Positions 39,201 to 49,455 of a stretch of DNA of 49,455 nucleotides are shown in pieces. Below the pieces are notes generated by a model, which was not told where the DNA came from, made no database searches, and saw nothing but the letters and a program-made list of their open reading frames with translations. The stretch is from Girardia tigrina (taxonomy: Eukaryota). The stretch lies in contig MQRK01185467.1 in assembly GCA_001938485.1 (NCBI GenBank), positions 1 through 49,455 of the forward strand, written 5' to 3'. Each line of letters starts with the position of its first letter. Positions within the stretch are counted from its first letter, which is position 1. A program made the position numbers and the translations under genes.

Positions 39201-42200
39201 TTTACAAATTTATTTTGACTTTTTTAGTTATTTTACACTTTGACCCTAAAAATGGAATATACGATGTTCAAAATTTTATATCTTTCCAGAAATATGAATC
39301 CGCCAAAATATGCCATACACTTTCGGAAAATATTACCAGGTTTTGTTATTTTTACTTGAATTTAAAATAATTGAGTGCATTAAATAGTAAATTTTTAAAT
39401 AATTTCTATAATACTTGTACATTTATTTAACCCTCTGACTACCATTGGAACAATACGTCTCAAGCGATTTCAAAGAATTCCAGAGAGATAAATTAGTAAT
39501 CGAAATCGGTTTTTTGCATCCCAGTTGTGTGTAGTGGATGTACTCTTGCGCGCCATCTACACGCACTACCTAGAAACTTGTCAGTACTTATTATCAGTTA
39601 GTTTTACATTTTTTTAATGTTTTTTATTTAATACGAGTAAAAAAATAGTTCGGTAGTCAAAGGGTTAAATCAAAAGGTTAAATGCCCGGTATGGGAGTCT
39701 AGCAAGAAGAGAAAATTTCACAAACAAGTGAAATGTCAGAGACGAACAGAGAAACGATCACAGGAAGAAGTGATCAGTATTTTTCCCTAAAAGATGAATG
39801 TATGTGTATGTTTGACTGCATGTTCGTGTGATAATCGCAAATAATTATTTGAAGCGAAATTCTCGTGATTTGCATCGACAGAGTACGCATGACGATAATT
39901 AAGAGGCTGTGACACTAGAAGACTGTACGAATTCTAGAAGATTAATCAAAGCAGAAGCCAAAGTTTGGAAATTGCTACGAGATGAAGTTATGGTTGATAT
40001 TTTCTTCTTGTAGAAAGTAACAGATAAAAGCGACCTTGATTCGCTCTCTTTTCATGGGAAAAAAATTCAAAAAATTGGTTTGAATGTTACGATGCATTGT
40101 TTCGTGGATGAAAGATCTAATGTGACAGTAAATGGAAAATATGTAAATTTGAGAAAATTATTTTTTCCCGAATTTTTATAAATGTCAAAGAATCTTTTAA
40201 AAGATTCTTCTGAAACGATTTTTCTTATTTTAAAAAAAATTAGTAATGAATTATTGTTTTTGCTTTTTTTAATTATTTCTTTTAATATTTATTTAATTTA
40301 ATTAATAATAATAATTTCTTAATAAAAAATATTATTGAATTGTTGTTGCTTTTAAAGTATTATTTTTTTAATATTTTATTACTTCTATTCTTAGAAAATA
40401 TTTTTCTATTGATTTTTTATAATAAAAATATTTTTTTAATTAAATCAAAAATAATAAAATGATTGCAAAAAAATCGGCATTTAAATTATTTGTTTTCTTT
40501 TTAAAATTTAGAAGATTTTTTTATTAATTAATTATATTAGTAAATAATTAAAAAAAATAGAAACAAAATGAATTAGAAAATATTATTCAATAATAAAAAT
40601 AACAGCGAAAAAAACGTGATTTTTGATTAATTATAAATAATTTATGAAGATTTAAATACTTAAAATTATTTTTATTTTCATTTTTTTAAAAATCAATATC
40701 AATTATTTAATTTAATCATTTTCTTGGGTGTTCTTAGTCATCGATTGAAGAGTGTAAATGTTTGGGGAAAAAACTAAAATCTTAAATAAATTATTTTAAT
40801 TCATTTCTAAATAAAATATTGATTTTTTGACATTCAATATCGTTTTCATTCGAGAAAATTTAAATATTCAAAAAAAATCTAGAATTAAATTAAAATATTT
40901 TTAATGAAAAATTATTAAATACTGACTGAAAATCAAAAAAAATATTTAAAAATTAAAAAAAAGAATTTTCTAGAAATAAATTTAAATGATTAAATTATCA
41001 AATTTTGACTGAAAGAAATTATTTAAAAGAGCAGAATTAAATGAAGATGTCGTTCATAAACGAATATCAAACACTCGTCTAAACTGGGTACTGACACACA
41101 ATCAAATACACCAATAAAATTTAAATATTGATTTTCTTTAATAATAAATATCACATTTAATTTCATTATAATCGCAATAAATCGATATAATAAACTCAAC
41201 CGGTCGTTTATAATTAATATTCGATGTAATTACAATAAAAATCTTTATTTAATTTAATCAATATTAATGATAATAATTCGACAGTGATCGATCATTATAA
41301 GAATTAAATCATTTTCCAAGATAAAAGGATTCGAAAAGATTGAGAGGGTGTACTTCCATACGGGCGCCTGCAAAAATAAAAGCATGACAATATATAAACA
41401 CTTATCGGCATTACAGGAAAAATATTTTAAAAATTGAAGAAAATTATTTAAAATGTTTTTGAAGTCACAAAACCTCAAAGGGAAACATATGGATTGATAA
41501 CGTAATAAACGGATTAACTGACATTCTTCTTCTTCTTCTTTTGACCTCAGCCGTTGGGCCGTGGGTGCATCCAATTATAAACAAGTCTTCGCCACATCTC
41601 TCTATTTGTAGTTTCTTTTCTCAGACATTCCATACTCAGTCCAGTCCATTCTTTTAAATCGTCCATCCATTGCCTCTTTGGTCTTTCTCCTTCCACTCTT
41701 CCCTCAATCATAACCTTTGCTAGTGCTTGTTTTCTTATTTGATGACCGTAGAATATCAGCTTCCTTCTCTTGATGATCTCTTCTATTGATTCCGGTCTTT
41801 TACCCAGTATTTCTGTCACTCTCCTCCAGACAAAGTCATTTGTCTTCTTTTCTTTCCACGTGATCTTCAGCATTCTCCTGTAGCACTTCATTTCAAACGC
41901 TTTAAGTCTATCCATGCTCTTCTGATTCATTGTCCCACTCTCGCATCCATAGAGGAGTGTTGCCTTAGTGATCTTTAATCTGCTCTTGAGATGGATTTCT
42001 TTGAGGTTAAACACTGTGCTAAGTTACTGACATTATTCGACTTAATTTAGAAAATATTTGTACCAAGATTTCAAAAGAAAATGTTTAATGATTTGTTTCA
42101 TATTTTTTGGGAATGATTAATATATTTTATATTTAAAATTGAATAATTTATTTTGGATTTTCTGTTTTTTTTAATTATTTTCAGTTAATTTTTTATGCAA

Positions 42201-45200
42201 AATAAGAAATAGTTTTAAAAAATGAAACGAAAAACAAGTTTAATGAAGAAAAATACGTAAAATAAGGCGGAGAAAGTAGCGATTGTGTAAAATGAATAGA
42301 GCTATTTGCTTAAAAAATTTAAATAATTTTTCCCGGAATGCCGATAATTTTTTATATATTGTCATACTTTTATTTTTGCGGGCGCCCGTACGGAACTACG
42401 CCCATAATTAGAACAAAAATCTTTATTTAATCTATTCAATATTAATGATAATAATTCGACAGTGATCGATCATTATAAGAATTAAATCATGTTCCAAGAT
42501 AAAAGGATTCGAAAAGATGGAGATTATAATTGGAATATGTTCCAATGAAATTATCAAAATTTAATTATTGATGTTCAAAACAATAAAAATCGCGTTAAAT
42601 TCAATCAATAATGAATCAATAGCGAGATTGCGCGCATTTGTAATTGTTGTCCCTCACAATTAGATAATATATCATACAAAAACGAAGACCCTCAATTATC
42701 GATTCTTTGCACATTATTAAATTCCTCCGTTCGCGCTTTAACATTGATTATTTGATTTTATTATAACACAAATGAAAACGGCATTTTGCGAATTTCATCA
42801 ATAAAAATAAAAAATTTATTATTAAAAAATAATTGATTTTTGATGTTGTTATTATATTAGGGTGAACCAAAAGATATTTTATATGTTTTTAAAGCTCTTG
42901 AACTGCTCTATCGCAATATATATTAAAACTTCTAATTAGTCGTTAATATAATTTTTATTGTCTTTTAGAGAAATCATGGAAAATTTTGAAATTCGTGTTC
43001 TTTTACGCCATTACTGGAAACATGGCTTAAACGCAACTGCAGCAACAAAGAAGATATGCGAAGTTGAAGGGGATAATGTGGTCTCAAATCGTACTGCACA
43101 AAATTGGTTCAAAAGGTTCAACGAAGGCGACATTGACCTCGGAGACAATGCACGTTCAGGCCGACCTATCACCGTAGATTCCGGAGCAATTCGTGAAGCC
43201 NNNNAGACAAATCCGTCAATAAGTACTCGCAGATTGTCGGCCGAACTCGATATTCCTCAAACATCCATTGTACGACACCTTCACGCTCTTGGCAAGGTCA
43301 ATAGACGATGTCGAGAAGTGCCTCATGAATTGTAACTTGCGATGAAAAGTGGGCTTACTTCAGTAATCCAGACCAACAAAATCAATGGTTAGACCCCGGA
43401 CAAATGGCGAAACGAGATCGTTTCTCAAGGAAGGCACTTTTGTGTGTTTGGTGGAATTTCGAAGGCGTGATTCACTTCGAGCTGGTTCCAAATGGTCGTA
43501 CCATCGACGCTGACCTTTACTGCGCCCAACGTGATCGAATGTATGCGGCACTTGGCGAGAAATACCCCGCTTTGATCAATCGAAAGCGAGTTCTTCTACA
43601 ACAGGACAATGCAAAACCGCACACCAAAACAAAGGAAAAATCGAAAATCTCGACGCCTTCGAACTTCTTCCACACCCAGCGTATAGTCCGGATCTTGCGC
43701 CATCCGACTATCACCTTTTCCGCTCTATGACACACTTTCTTCGTGGTCGCAGCTTCAATAATCTGGTCGAGGTCGAAAACGGGTGTCTCCAGTTCTTCGC
43801 TTCTAAGAACAAGGATTGGTACCGCAGCGGGATCGCACAACTTGCCCATAGATGGGTTCAAGCTGTAGATTCAAATGGCATTTACTTTGAAACTTAAATG
43901 TTTTTTATTTGTTGTAAAATTATGTTTAAATTGTTAATAGAAAATACGAAAAGACTCTTGGTTCACCCTAATAGAATACTTGGTTTAATCAATGATAATA
44001 GAGTAAAATTATATATTGACCTATCGCGAATGATGGCAATGAGCAGTCAGAGTGTAAAAATAATCAATTGTTGATTTTATTAGTAGGAAGATAATTATTT
44101 ATTTAATCAATAATAATAAAGAAAACGATTAATTATTTTACTCCATCTGCGGTTTAAGAAATAAATGCTGGTTTTATTATCGTATGAATAACAGTTGTGA
44201 CGATCGTAATTCGACAATGAAAGAACGTTATACGGAGAGAGAGACTCGTGTATACGTGCACTAAAAGATCTGTTAATTGATCGTAATTTGTACGAGACAA
44301 TCGGACCAGAGGAGCTCATGTACGAGTGCGTAATAGAAATAAGCAGTAGATCATTTCCTTGGGAAATGACGTCAATAGAAAAAAGATGATTAATTAAAAA
44401 ATTGGAGAGAGCAGTGAGATTACAATTGGAATTTTTGTATTAAAATTTAATCATTGATTTTCTTTTATGACAAAGAAAAAATTTACTGGATTTAATTATG
44501 AATAATATTACAAAATGATATTAAAATAAAATAATTATCGATTTTATATTAATAAAATTTATTTATTTTATTTAATCAGTAGTAATAATAAATGACAAAT
44601 AATAAAATCAATAATTATTGATTTTATTATAATAATTATTATTATTTATTAATTTTATTATTGTAATAATTATTTAATTTAATCAATTAAAATAATAAAA
44701 TATATTAAAATAATTACTTATTGATTTTATTGTTATAAAAATAATTATTAAATTAAATCAATAGTAATATTAATCAAATGATAACATAATTAAATCATTA
44801 AATATTTAATTAATTATCATAGAAATTATTATTAAATTTAATTAATATTAATTAAATTCAAAATGATATTATAAGAGAATAATTAATTATTGATTTTATT
44901 ATTAAAAAAAGAATTATTCAATTTAATCAATAATAATTAATATTATTATTAATAATAAAACGATATTAAAATAAAATAATTAATTATTGATTTTATTATA
45001 AAACTATTTAATCAATAATAACAACGATAATTAAAACATTCAATTATCGATTATTTTAGCATCACAAGTAGAGAATCAAAGATTGCACTCACTCTTCCTC
45101 CGTCCGCGGCTTGTATGACGCTGGATGTTCGGAATTGTACGGCTGAAAAGCGCGAAAAAGAAAATTATGAAATCACACACAAAAAATCGAAAATCAATCA

Positions 45201-45584
45201 ATAAATCGATCGAATGTGACTCGATCAATAAATCAATGAATATTGATTGAAAAAGAACCTTTCTGCAGGCCGGACAAAGTCCGTTCTCTTCGTTAATGAT
45301 TTTGTACCAACAGAATCTGCAAATCTGCAAATAGAGCGCGTCACTCAAACACACAAAGAGAACAATCGCATAAAATCGATAATCGTACTTGATATCGGCA
45401 AGGACAAGGATAAAAGTCCACATCATCGAAATCCATGGGCTCCATACACAATGGACACTGGACAGACAATCGATCAATCAATCAATCAAAAAAATCGATC
45501 AAAAAATTTTTTTATTAATCATTATCGAAAAACAACAAAGAAAAAAAATCAATCAAATCTTACTTCGCCTGATTCACTGCTCAT
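27196..45584 (-). CDS. CNOT4: CCR4-NOT complex subunit 4 (E3 ubiquitin ligase), whole gene span; 8 coding exons, ~752 aa
   Basis: Exons 45584-45564, 45457-45389, 45324-45259, 45142-45093, 35725-35485, 32626-31094, 27535-27331 and 27269-27196 join with GT-AG introns and consistent phases. Contains the C4C4 RING, RRM (RVLQKNLIFVVGL..YFGKCGK..SAYVTY), LGTTKYC-C3H1 finger and DFDP..SRQALAEMI motif. Confidence 0.95.
27331..27535 (-). CDS. CNOT4: CNOT4 exon 7
   Basis: ttaag acceptor, phase 0, ISTGSNYHNDFNYSNGGLMFND...SMNENS, G|GTGAAC donor, 61-bp intron; GC-richer than its flanks. Confidence 0.7.
28318..28560 (+). mobile_element. Mariner-type TIR remnant related to the 42857 element
   Basis: TATGGTGAACCAAAAGTTCTTTCG resembles TTAGGGTGAACCAAAAGA; right end not found. 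Confidence 0.4.
29955..30365 (-). other. CNOT4: Candidate stop-containing cassette (poison) exon or alternative last exon of CNOT4
   Basis: 411-bp GC-richer island bounded by tttag| and |gtattg. In phase 0 it reads ILILFD*, and all three frames contain stops. Confidence 0.5.
31094..32626 (-). CDS. CNOT4: CNOT4 exon 6 (RRM end, C3H1 finger, N/S/Q-rich disordered region, CAF40-binding motif, PPPGF)
   Basis: ttttag|GGA ACA TCA...; GTSCLSAYVTYHRNEDAL...LSLGTTKYCSQFLRNRKCTKQDCMYLHE; CAG|GTAACA donor; 511 codons. Confidence 0.96.
35485..35725 (-). CDS. CNOT4: CNOT4 exon 5 (coiled-coil end and RRM start)
   Basis: tttag| phase 2 matches exon 4; KEYLSEYRVLQKNLIFVVGLPMRMAEEVELLKGLDYFGKCGKVYKIVINQ; CAG|GTTAGT donor. 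Confidence 0.95.
36841..37352. mobile_element. hAT-type MITE (512 bp)
   Basis: CAGGTGCGTACGCA ... TGCGTACCCGCCTG with an 8-bp TSD CCCAACAT/TCCAACAT. Confidence 0.85.
39431..39664. mobile_element. piggyBac-type MITE (234 bp)
   Basis: TTAA|CCCTCTGACTACC ... GGTAGTCAAAGGG|TTAA. Confidence 0.9.
41226..41345 (+). repeat. 120-bp direct repeat, copy 1 (copy 2 at 42404-42523), abutting both ends of a TIR element
   Basis: Ungapped alignment with 7 mismatches in 120 bp. Confidence 0.95.
41346..42403. mobile_element. Non-autonomous DNA transposon with ~85-bp GGG-starting TIRs (Merlin/MULE-like, unassigned), containing an RTE insertion
   Basis: GGGTGTACTTCCATACGGGCGCCTGCAAAAATAAAAGCATGACAATATATAA ... 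TTATATATTGTCATACTTTTATTTTTGCGGGCGCCCGTACGGAACTACGCCC. Confidence 0.88.
41526..42025 (-). mobile_element. 5'-truncated RTE-clade LINE with (GAA)n tail
   Basis: ORF 41547-42014 LLYGCES...RLKAFEMKCYRRMLKITW...RRKLIFYGH..R...EGRVEG.RPKRQWMD; (GAA)n 3' tail; 9-bp TSD ACTGACATT at 41517-41525 and 42026-42034. Confidence 0.93.
42857..43971 (+). mobile_element. Mariner transposon with both ends, internally deleted, transposase pseudogene (42976-~43897)
   Basis: TA|TTAGGGTGAACCAAAAG ... CTTGGTTCACCCTAA|TA; MENFEIRVLLRHYW..WFKRF..RSGRP..VPHEL, then TCDEKW, LLQQDNAKPH and YSPDLAPSDY, with frameshifts. Confidence 0.96.
45093..45142 (-). CDS. CNOT4: CNOT4 exon 4
   Basis: ttttcag|PYNSEHPASYKPRTEE(E)|GTGAGT. 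Confidence 0.92.
45259..45324 (-). CDS. CNOT4: CNOT4 exon 3 (RING second half)
   Basis: ttgcag|ICRFCWYKIINEENGLCPACRK|GTTCTT. Confidence 0.96.
45389..45457 (-). CDS. CNOT4: CNOT4 exon 2 (RING first half)
   Basis: tccag|CPLCMEPMDFDDVDFYPCPCRYQ|GTACGA. Confidence 0.96.
45564..45584 (-). CDS. CNOT4: CNOT4 first coding exon (MSSESGE)
   Basis: acaaaATG context, GAA|GTAAGA donor, phase 0 into exon 2. Confidence 0.85.
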
Positions 45585-46786
45585 TTTGTAAAAATCTAAA
45601 ATTCCAAATAGACAATATGAAAACAAAAATTCTTTTTATTATTATTATTAATTAAAGATTTATCGAAAAATCGATTTTCAGTTATAATCGAATATAACGG
45701 AAGAAATTAATTATCAATTGGAATACGAGAAAATTTCGAATGGTAAATAAACGTGAAAATTTTTTTTGGGAAATAATAATCGTTTTTTTTTTGAAAAAAA
45801 ATGATAAAATAATAAATTAATTCATGGTGTTTATTTTTTTACGGTATTCAGTTAAACAAAAGAAAATGTTGTCATGTGATAAAATGAATTTTTTTCGTTT
45901 ATTATTTTTTGATTATTTTCGATGGAAATAAAAAACTTTTTGGTGGAGGATTTTTTTCAATTATTGTTGTTTACTTTTCTTTGATTATGAAAAATTAAAT
46001 TCTATTGAGATGAATGAATTTTGCGAAAAAAAATGTACTTTCACTTAATCAGTTTAATGCATAAAATTAGGATTTTAATCATATTCATATTAAAAAAAAA
46101 TTATGTGTAAGACATTTAATTCATTCAAGAAAATATTTGTTACTTTCGTAAAATTTTATTATGCATGTTACATTTCATTAAAAAATGTGATAAAAATACA
46201 ATTTCGAGTTATATTTACTAAATTTATCTAAACTACCGTTAAAAATTAAATTATTGTTTTTGTAACATAAAAATGATTTCAAATAGTTTATTCAACAATA
46301 TTTTATTGTTTAAATTTCTTAAATTAAGGCATTCTTACACACTAAAAGTTATCTTTGCCTGTTTATTTTATCAGAGGATTAAACTAATATACGAGAGGTT
46401 TTTAGTAATTGTACAAGGTTCGCCAAATGTCGAAGCTTTCAGTTTTTACCAATGTTCAGTTTCTAAATGAATATTTGAACACCCAAAATTTTTGACATGT
46501 CTTTCAATAAGGTTAAATTTTTTTATTTCTAAATCTTGTCCACCTTCATCAAAAAAATCAAAGCAGGTTCATATCCAAATATTTTACTATCATAAATTGC
46601 TACTCATTTAAGAATTCCAAAAGGATATTCGTACTAAATTAGATTAATATTTCCTTCGACTAAAGAAAGCAACATATGATTGTTCCCTTCGTCCAAGTAG
46701 ATATTGTGTACTGCTTTACTCAGTTACTGATCTCGACAACTGTTTTGGATTCCATTATCGTTACTATATTGTTTATACCAATTAAT

Positions 46787-46828
<42 letters not shown>

Positions 46829-46832
<4 letters not shown>

Positions 46833-47215
46833 GATTAAAGCTATTTTTATATAATTATTGGACATGTTTCGATGTTTACATACATCATCATCAGCAATTT
46901 TCGGATGTTTAGTATATGAATATTGAATTGTTTGAATAATAAAATTTTAACAGATATATTTACTTTAAAAGGTAACGAATAAATTAATTATTATTATTTA
47001 TCAAAGTATTATTGGGTAATAATGACAAAAAGAATATTTGAATTAAAACATTTAAGTATTGAAATAACCTTACTTTGCCCATTCTGAATGTTAATTGATG
47101 GGTTGTAGTGTCTTATTAGTAGAGATTCACAAAACTGTCGTTCGTAATGTGAATCAAAACCCTTTTGTATCACAGAAAACTCATCTTTTGAAATGGATGA
47201 TGTTCTATCCGTATA
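46829..47215 (-). mobile_element. Penelope-like element 3' fragment (GIY-YIG C-terminus plus 3' UTR) ending at a (TA)n tract
   Basis: SISKDEFSVIQKGFDSHYERQFCESLLIRHYNPSINIQ matches the PLE endonuclease ESLLI...P.(L/I)N.Q ending; a hammerhead lies downstream. Confidence 0.85.
46857..46898 (-). ncRNA. Minimal type-I hammerhead ribozyme
   Basis: Minus strand ATTG-CTGATGA-T-GATGT(ATGTAA)ACATC-GAAA-CATG-TC-CAAT: intact core, 4-bp stem I, 5-bp stem II, palindromic mini stem III, GUC cleavage site. Confidence 0.88.
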
Positions 47216-48110
47216 ACATGCGAATTCAGGGAATCGATCAGAAACGTTTATATGGTAATCTGGACCTTGGTTAGCGTTTCATGGGTGAAATCTTTCCAAA
47301 ATAAATCCGATATTCTGACCATAGTTCAGTCAAAATGTATGAAAGAGTCTTACAGATGCTTGCTGGCATGTAATACTGAACTCACACCACCTTATGAAGA
47401 TGTAAAAGTAATTCACTTGATTAACCATTGTGAATTTAATAAAACGGTTTTCTTTACTCGAAAGATTTACAAAACTGCAGGGTGATTAAAGAATGTGAAA
47501 GTTGTTTGTTGATAGATTCAAGTGCTGTGCAAAGGAGAAAAAGCGAAGTGGGAGTGTCAAAAGAATTGTAAAAACTTGCTTAAGATTTAATTGATTATGG
47601 GTTTGTGATTTATTTGTGTATCGATTGTGGTCCAAGTCGTTTCGCAATTTGGAAGCCGGTGATTAACGAGAATGCTGACTGGTTAATGGAAACATTGACC
47701 GAAATATTCAGAGAGAATAAGCCTCCGAATAAACAAATTTGCGACAACGATAAGTGTTTCCGATCAGATAAACAATATCATATGTGAAGTACTTGAAAAG
47801 TCTTAGTTATATATCGTTGTGCTTACAGACCATCCGGAAACGATGTCGTTCAAAGGAATCATCAGACGATAAAGAGAATGGCGACAAGGACCGGATGCGC
47901 TGTTTTGGATTTAGTGTTCTACTACAACAATACAAAAAAAACTAGACTAATTAATTAATCTCCTAGTAGTGAAACTTATTCGTACAATTTCCGATTCCGG
48001 ATGGTAAGCTGGAAAAAGGACGTTATGATAAAATTTTGTTCGAGATTTGCGAGCAAGTCTATGTCAAACCCGGTAGTTTACAGTGCACAACTTGATGGGA
48101 AAGAGGCGAA
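47216..48110 (+). pseudogene. Ty3/Gypsy pol fragment (RNase H end and integrase), decayed
   Basis: WVKSFQNKSDILT; IHLINH (HHCC part); IDCGPSRFAIWK...IFRENKPP.KQICDNDKCFRS...YRCAYRPSGNDVVQRNHQTIKRMA (DDE core). Confidence 0.88.
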
Positions 48111-49455
48111 TATCTCGCGCCCAGAAAATCAATTATTTTTTTTTGAAAATTCTTCATGATAAAGATATAACTAAAATGTACAGAGCCAGACCTTCCGATG
48201 CCGATCCGTTAAGAGAAGGAATTGTAAAATCCAGTCTTGGCATTTTTCTGAAAATCCAAGTAGGCCAGCAAAATCTACTGACAACTGCTAACGTTCGCAC
48301 TAATATACGAGTTGTACGAGATGCAGCCATTCTTGATAATCATCACGGACAGAATTTCGGTGAAACAGGATCGTTTGGAAGACCTCTCAAATATCTTCTT
48401 TGATTTCGTCAATTATAGCCATTTAATAAAATTCAACAAAAGATCTCAAACTCAAAAACTTTATTTAAAAAAAACAAATTCCAAATTTTTCTATAAAAAC
48501 AATTTTAGGAGTTTTAAAAAACTATTTTTGCATGGTTTTTTGAACAAAAATAATTTTAACATATAATTTATCATATTAATAATTAAATATATGATTAATT
48601 TCATCAGAATTATCTTAAATTAAAATCAACAGAAAAAAATTTATTTCCCCACACATTGTTTTTAAAAACAATATTAAAATACTACATAAAAGATATGAAA
48701 AGATTTTTCCATCGACTTCGAATAATATTTCACAAATGTCAACAATATGACTCAATCAAATCCTAATACTGAATAATTATCAGAATAAACAATTTCATTT
48801 GTAATTTCTCTTTATTCATCTCCTCATCCTGTCTAACTATTTCCATCAATTCACAATCCGACACTCTTCCAGTCCCTGTGGCGGCACGGTAGCCCAATCT
48901 ACGGCACACTGGAATCAGATTCAGACAGAAAGACAAGAAAGGGTAATTAAATCATAAAACAATTTGATTTTTTTGTCATCAATCATGTTGGCTTTTTCTT
49001 AATTATTTATTAGCAGTAACGTTGTTATTCTTTGGTCCTACTACGATGTAAACATTGTTTGGTAATGAAAATAAGTTATCTATAAACCATTTAAAAACAA
49101 AATATTAATTTATTTATTATATAATAAAAATAAATTTATAGTATAATGAAATGAGTACTAGTTATACTGTATTACTATAATTATTTAGTATTAAATTATT
49201 TTAATATAAATTATTATCATTGTTATTATTAAGAACACCAACATGGCTTTTCAAACTTTTATTTTCATTACAATCAGAATTGTCTTTTGGACAACTCTCA
49301 GCAAAACTCTCGTCATTCGACATCATTCTAAATTGTTAATTTTTTATTAATGTTTGTTAATAAACAATTATTCGAACAAATTTTCATTATTTTCTGATTT
49401 TATTTTTAAAATACAATTTTGTAGTTTTAGTATTAATTTTTATTTACATATTAAT

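Noticed and set aside
46480-46760. Possible Polinton PolB remnant (KYLDMN)
   Set aside because: A single short motif in a heavily interrupted frame; insufficient support.
1-49455. CRISPR arrays, tRNA/rRNA genes, prokaryotic operons
   Set aside because: None seen. The tandem repeats lack unique spacers, and the DNA is spliceosomal-intron-containing eukaryotic sequence.

Overview
Very AT-rich eukaryotic genomic DNA, probably from a planarian or other free-living flatworm (inferred from the CNOT4 RING sequence, short AT-rich introns and the repeat landscape). There is one intact host gene, CNOT4/NOT4, on the minus strand. I reconstructed it by hand as 8 coding exons (45584->27196, about 752 aa) with a C4C4 RING, RRM, C3H1 finger, CAF40-binding motif and PPPGF motif, plus a candidate 411-bp stop-containing cassette exon. 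The rest is mostly nested, decayed transposable elements (mariner, piggyBac, MULE, hAT, pogo- and Stowaway-type MITEs, RTE LINE, Gypsy integrase, Penelope). Four features stand out. (1) An 8.87-kb TG...CA insertion with a CTAA duplication splits a piggyBac transposase mid-motif; it has no recognisable gag/pol and non-matching ends, and carries about six small decayed ORFs in three tail-to-tail pairs, some with introns. (2) A TIR transposon is flanked exactly by a 120-bp direct duplication. (3) A minimal type-I hammerhead ribozyme sits in a Penelope 3' end just upstream of CNOT4. (4) CNOT4 has the putative poison exon. All calls come from manual reading; no database search was run.
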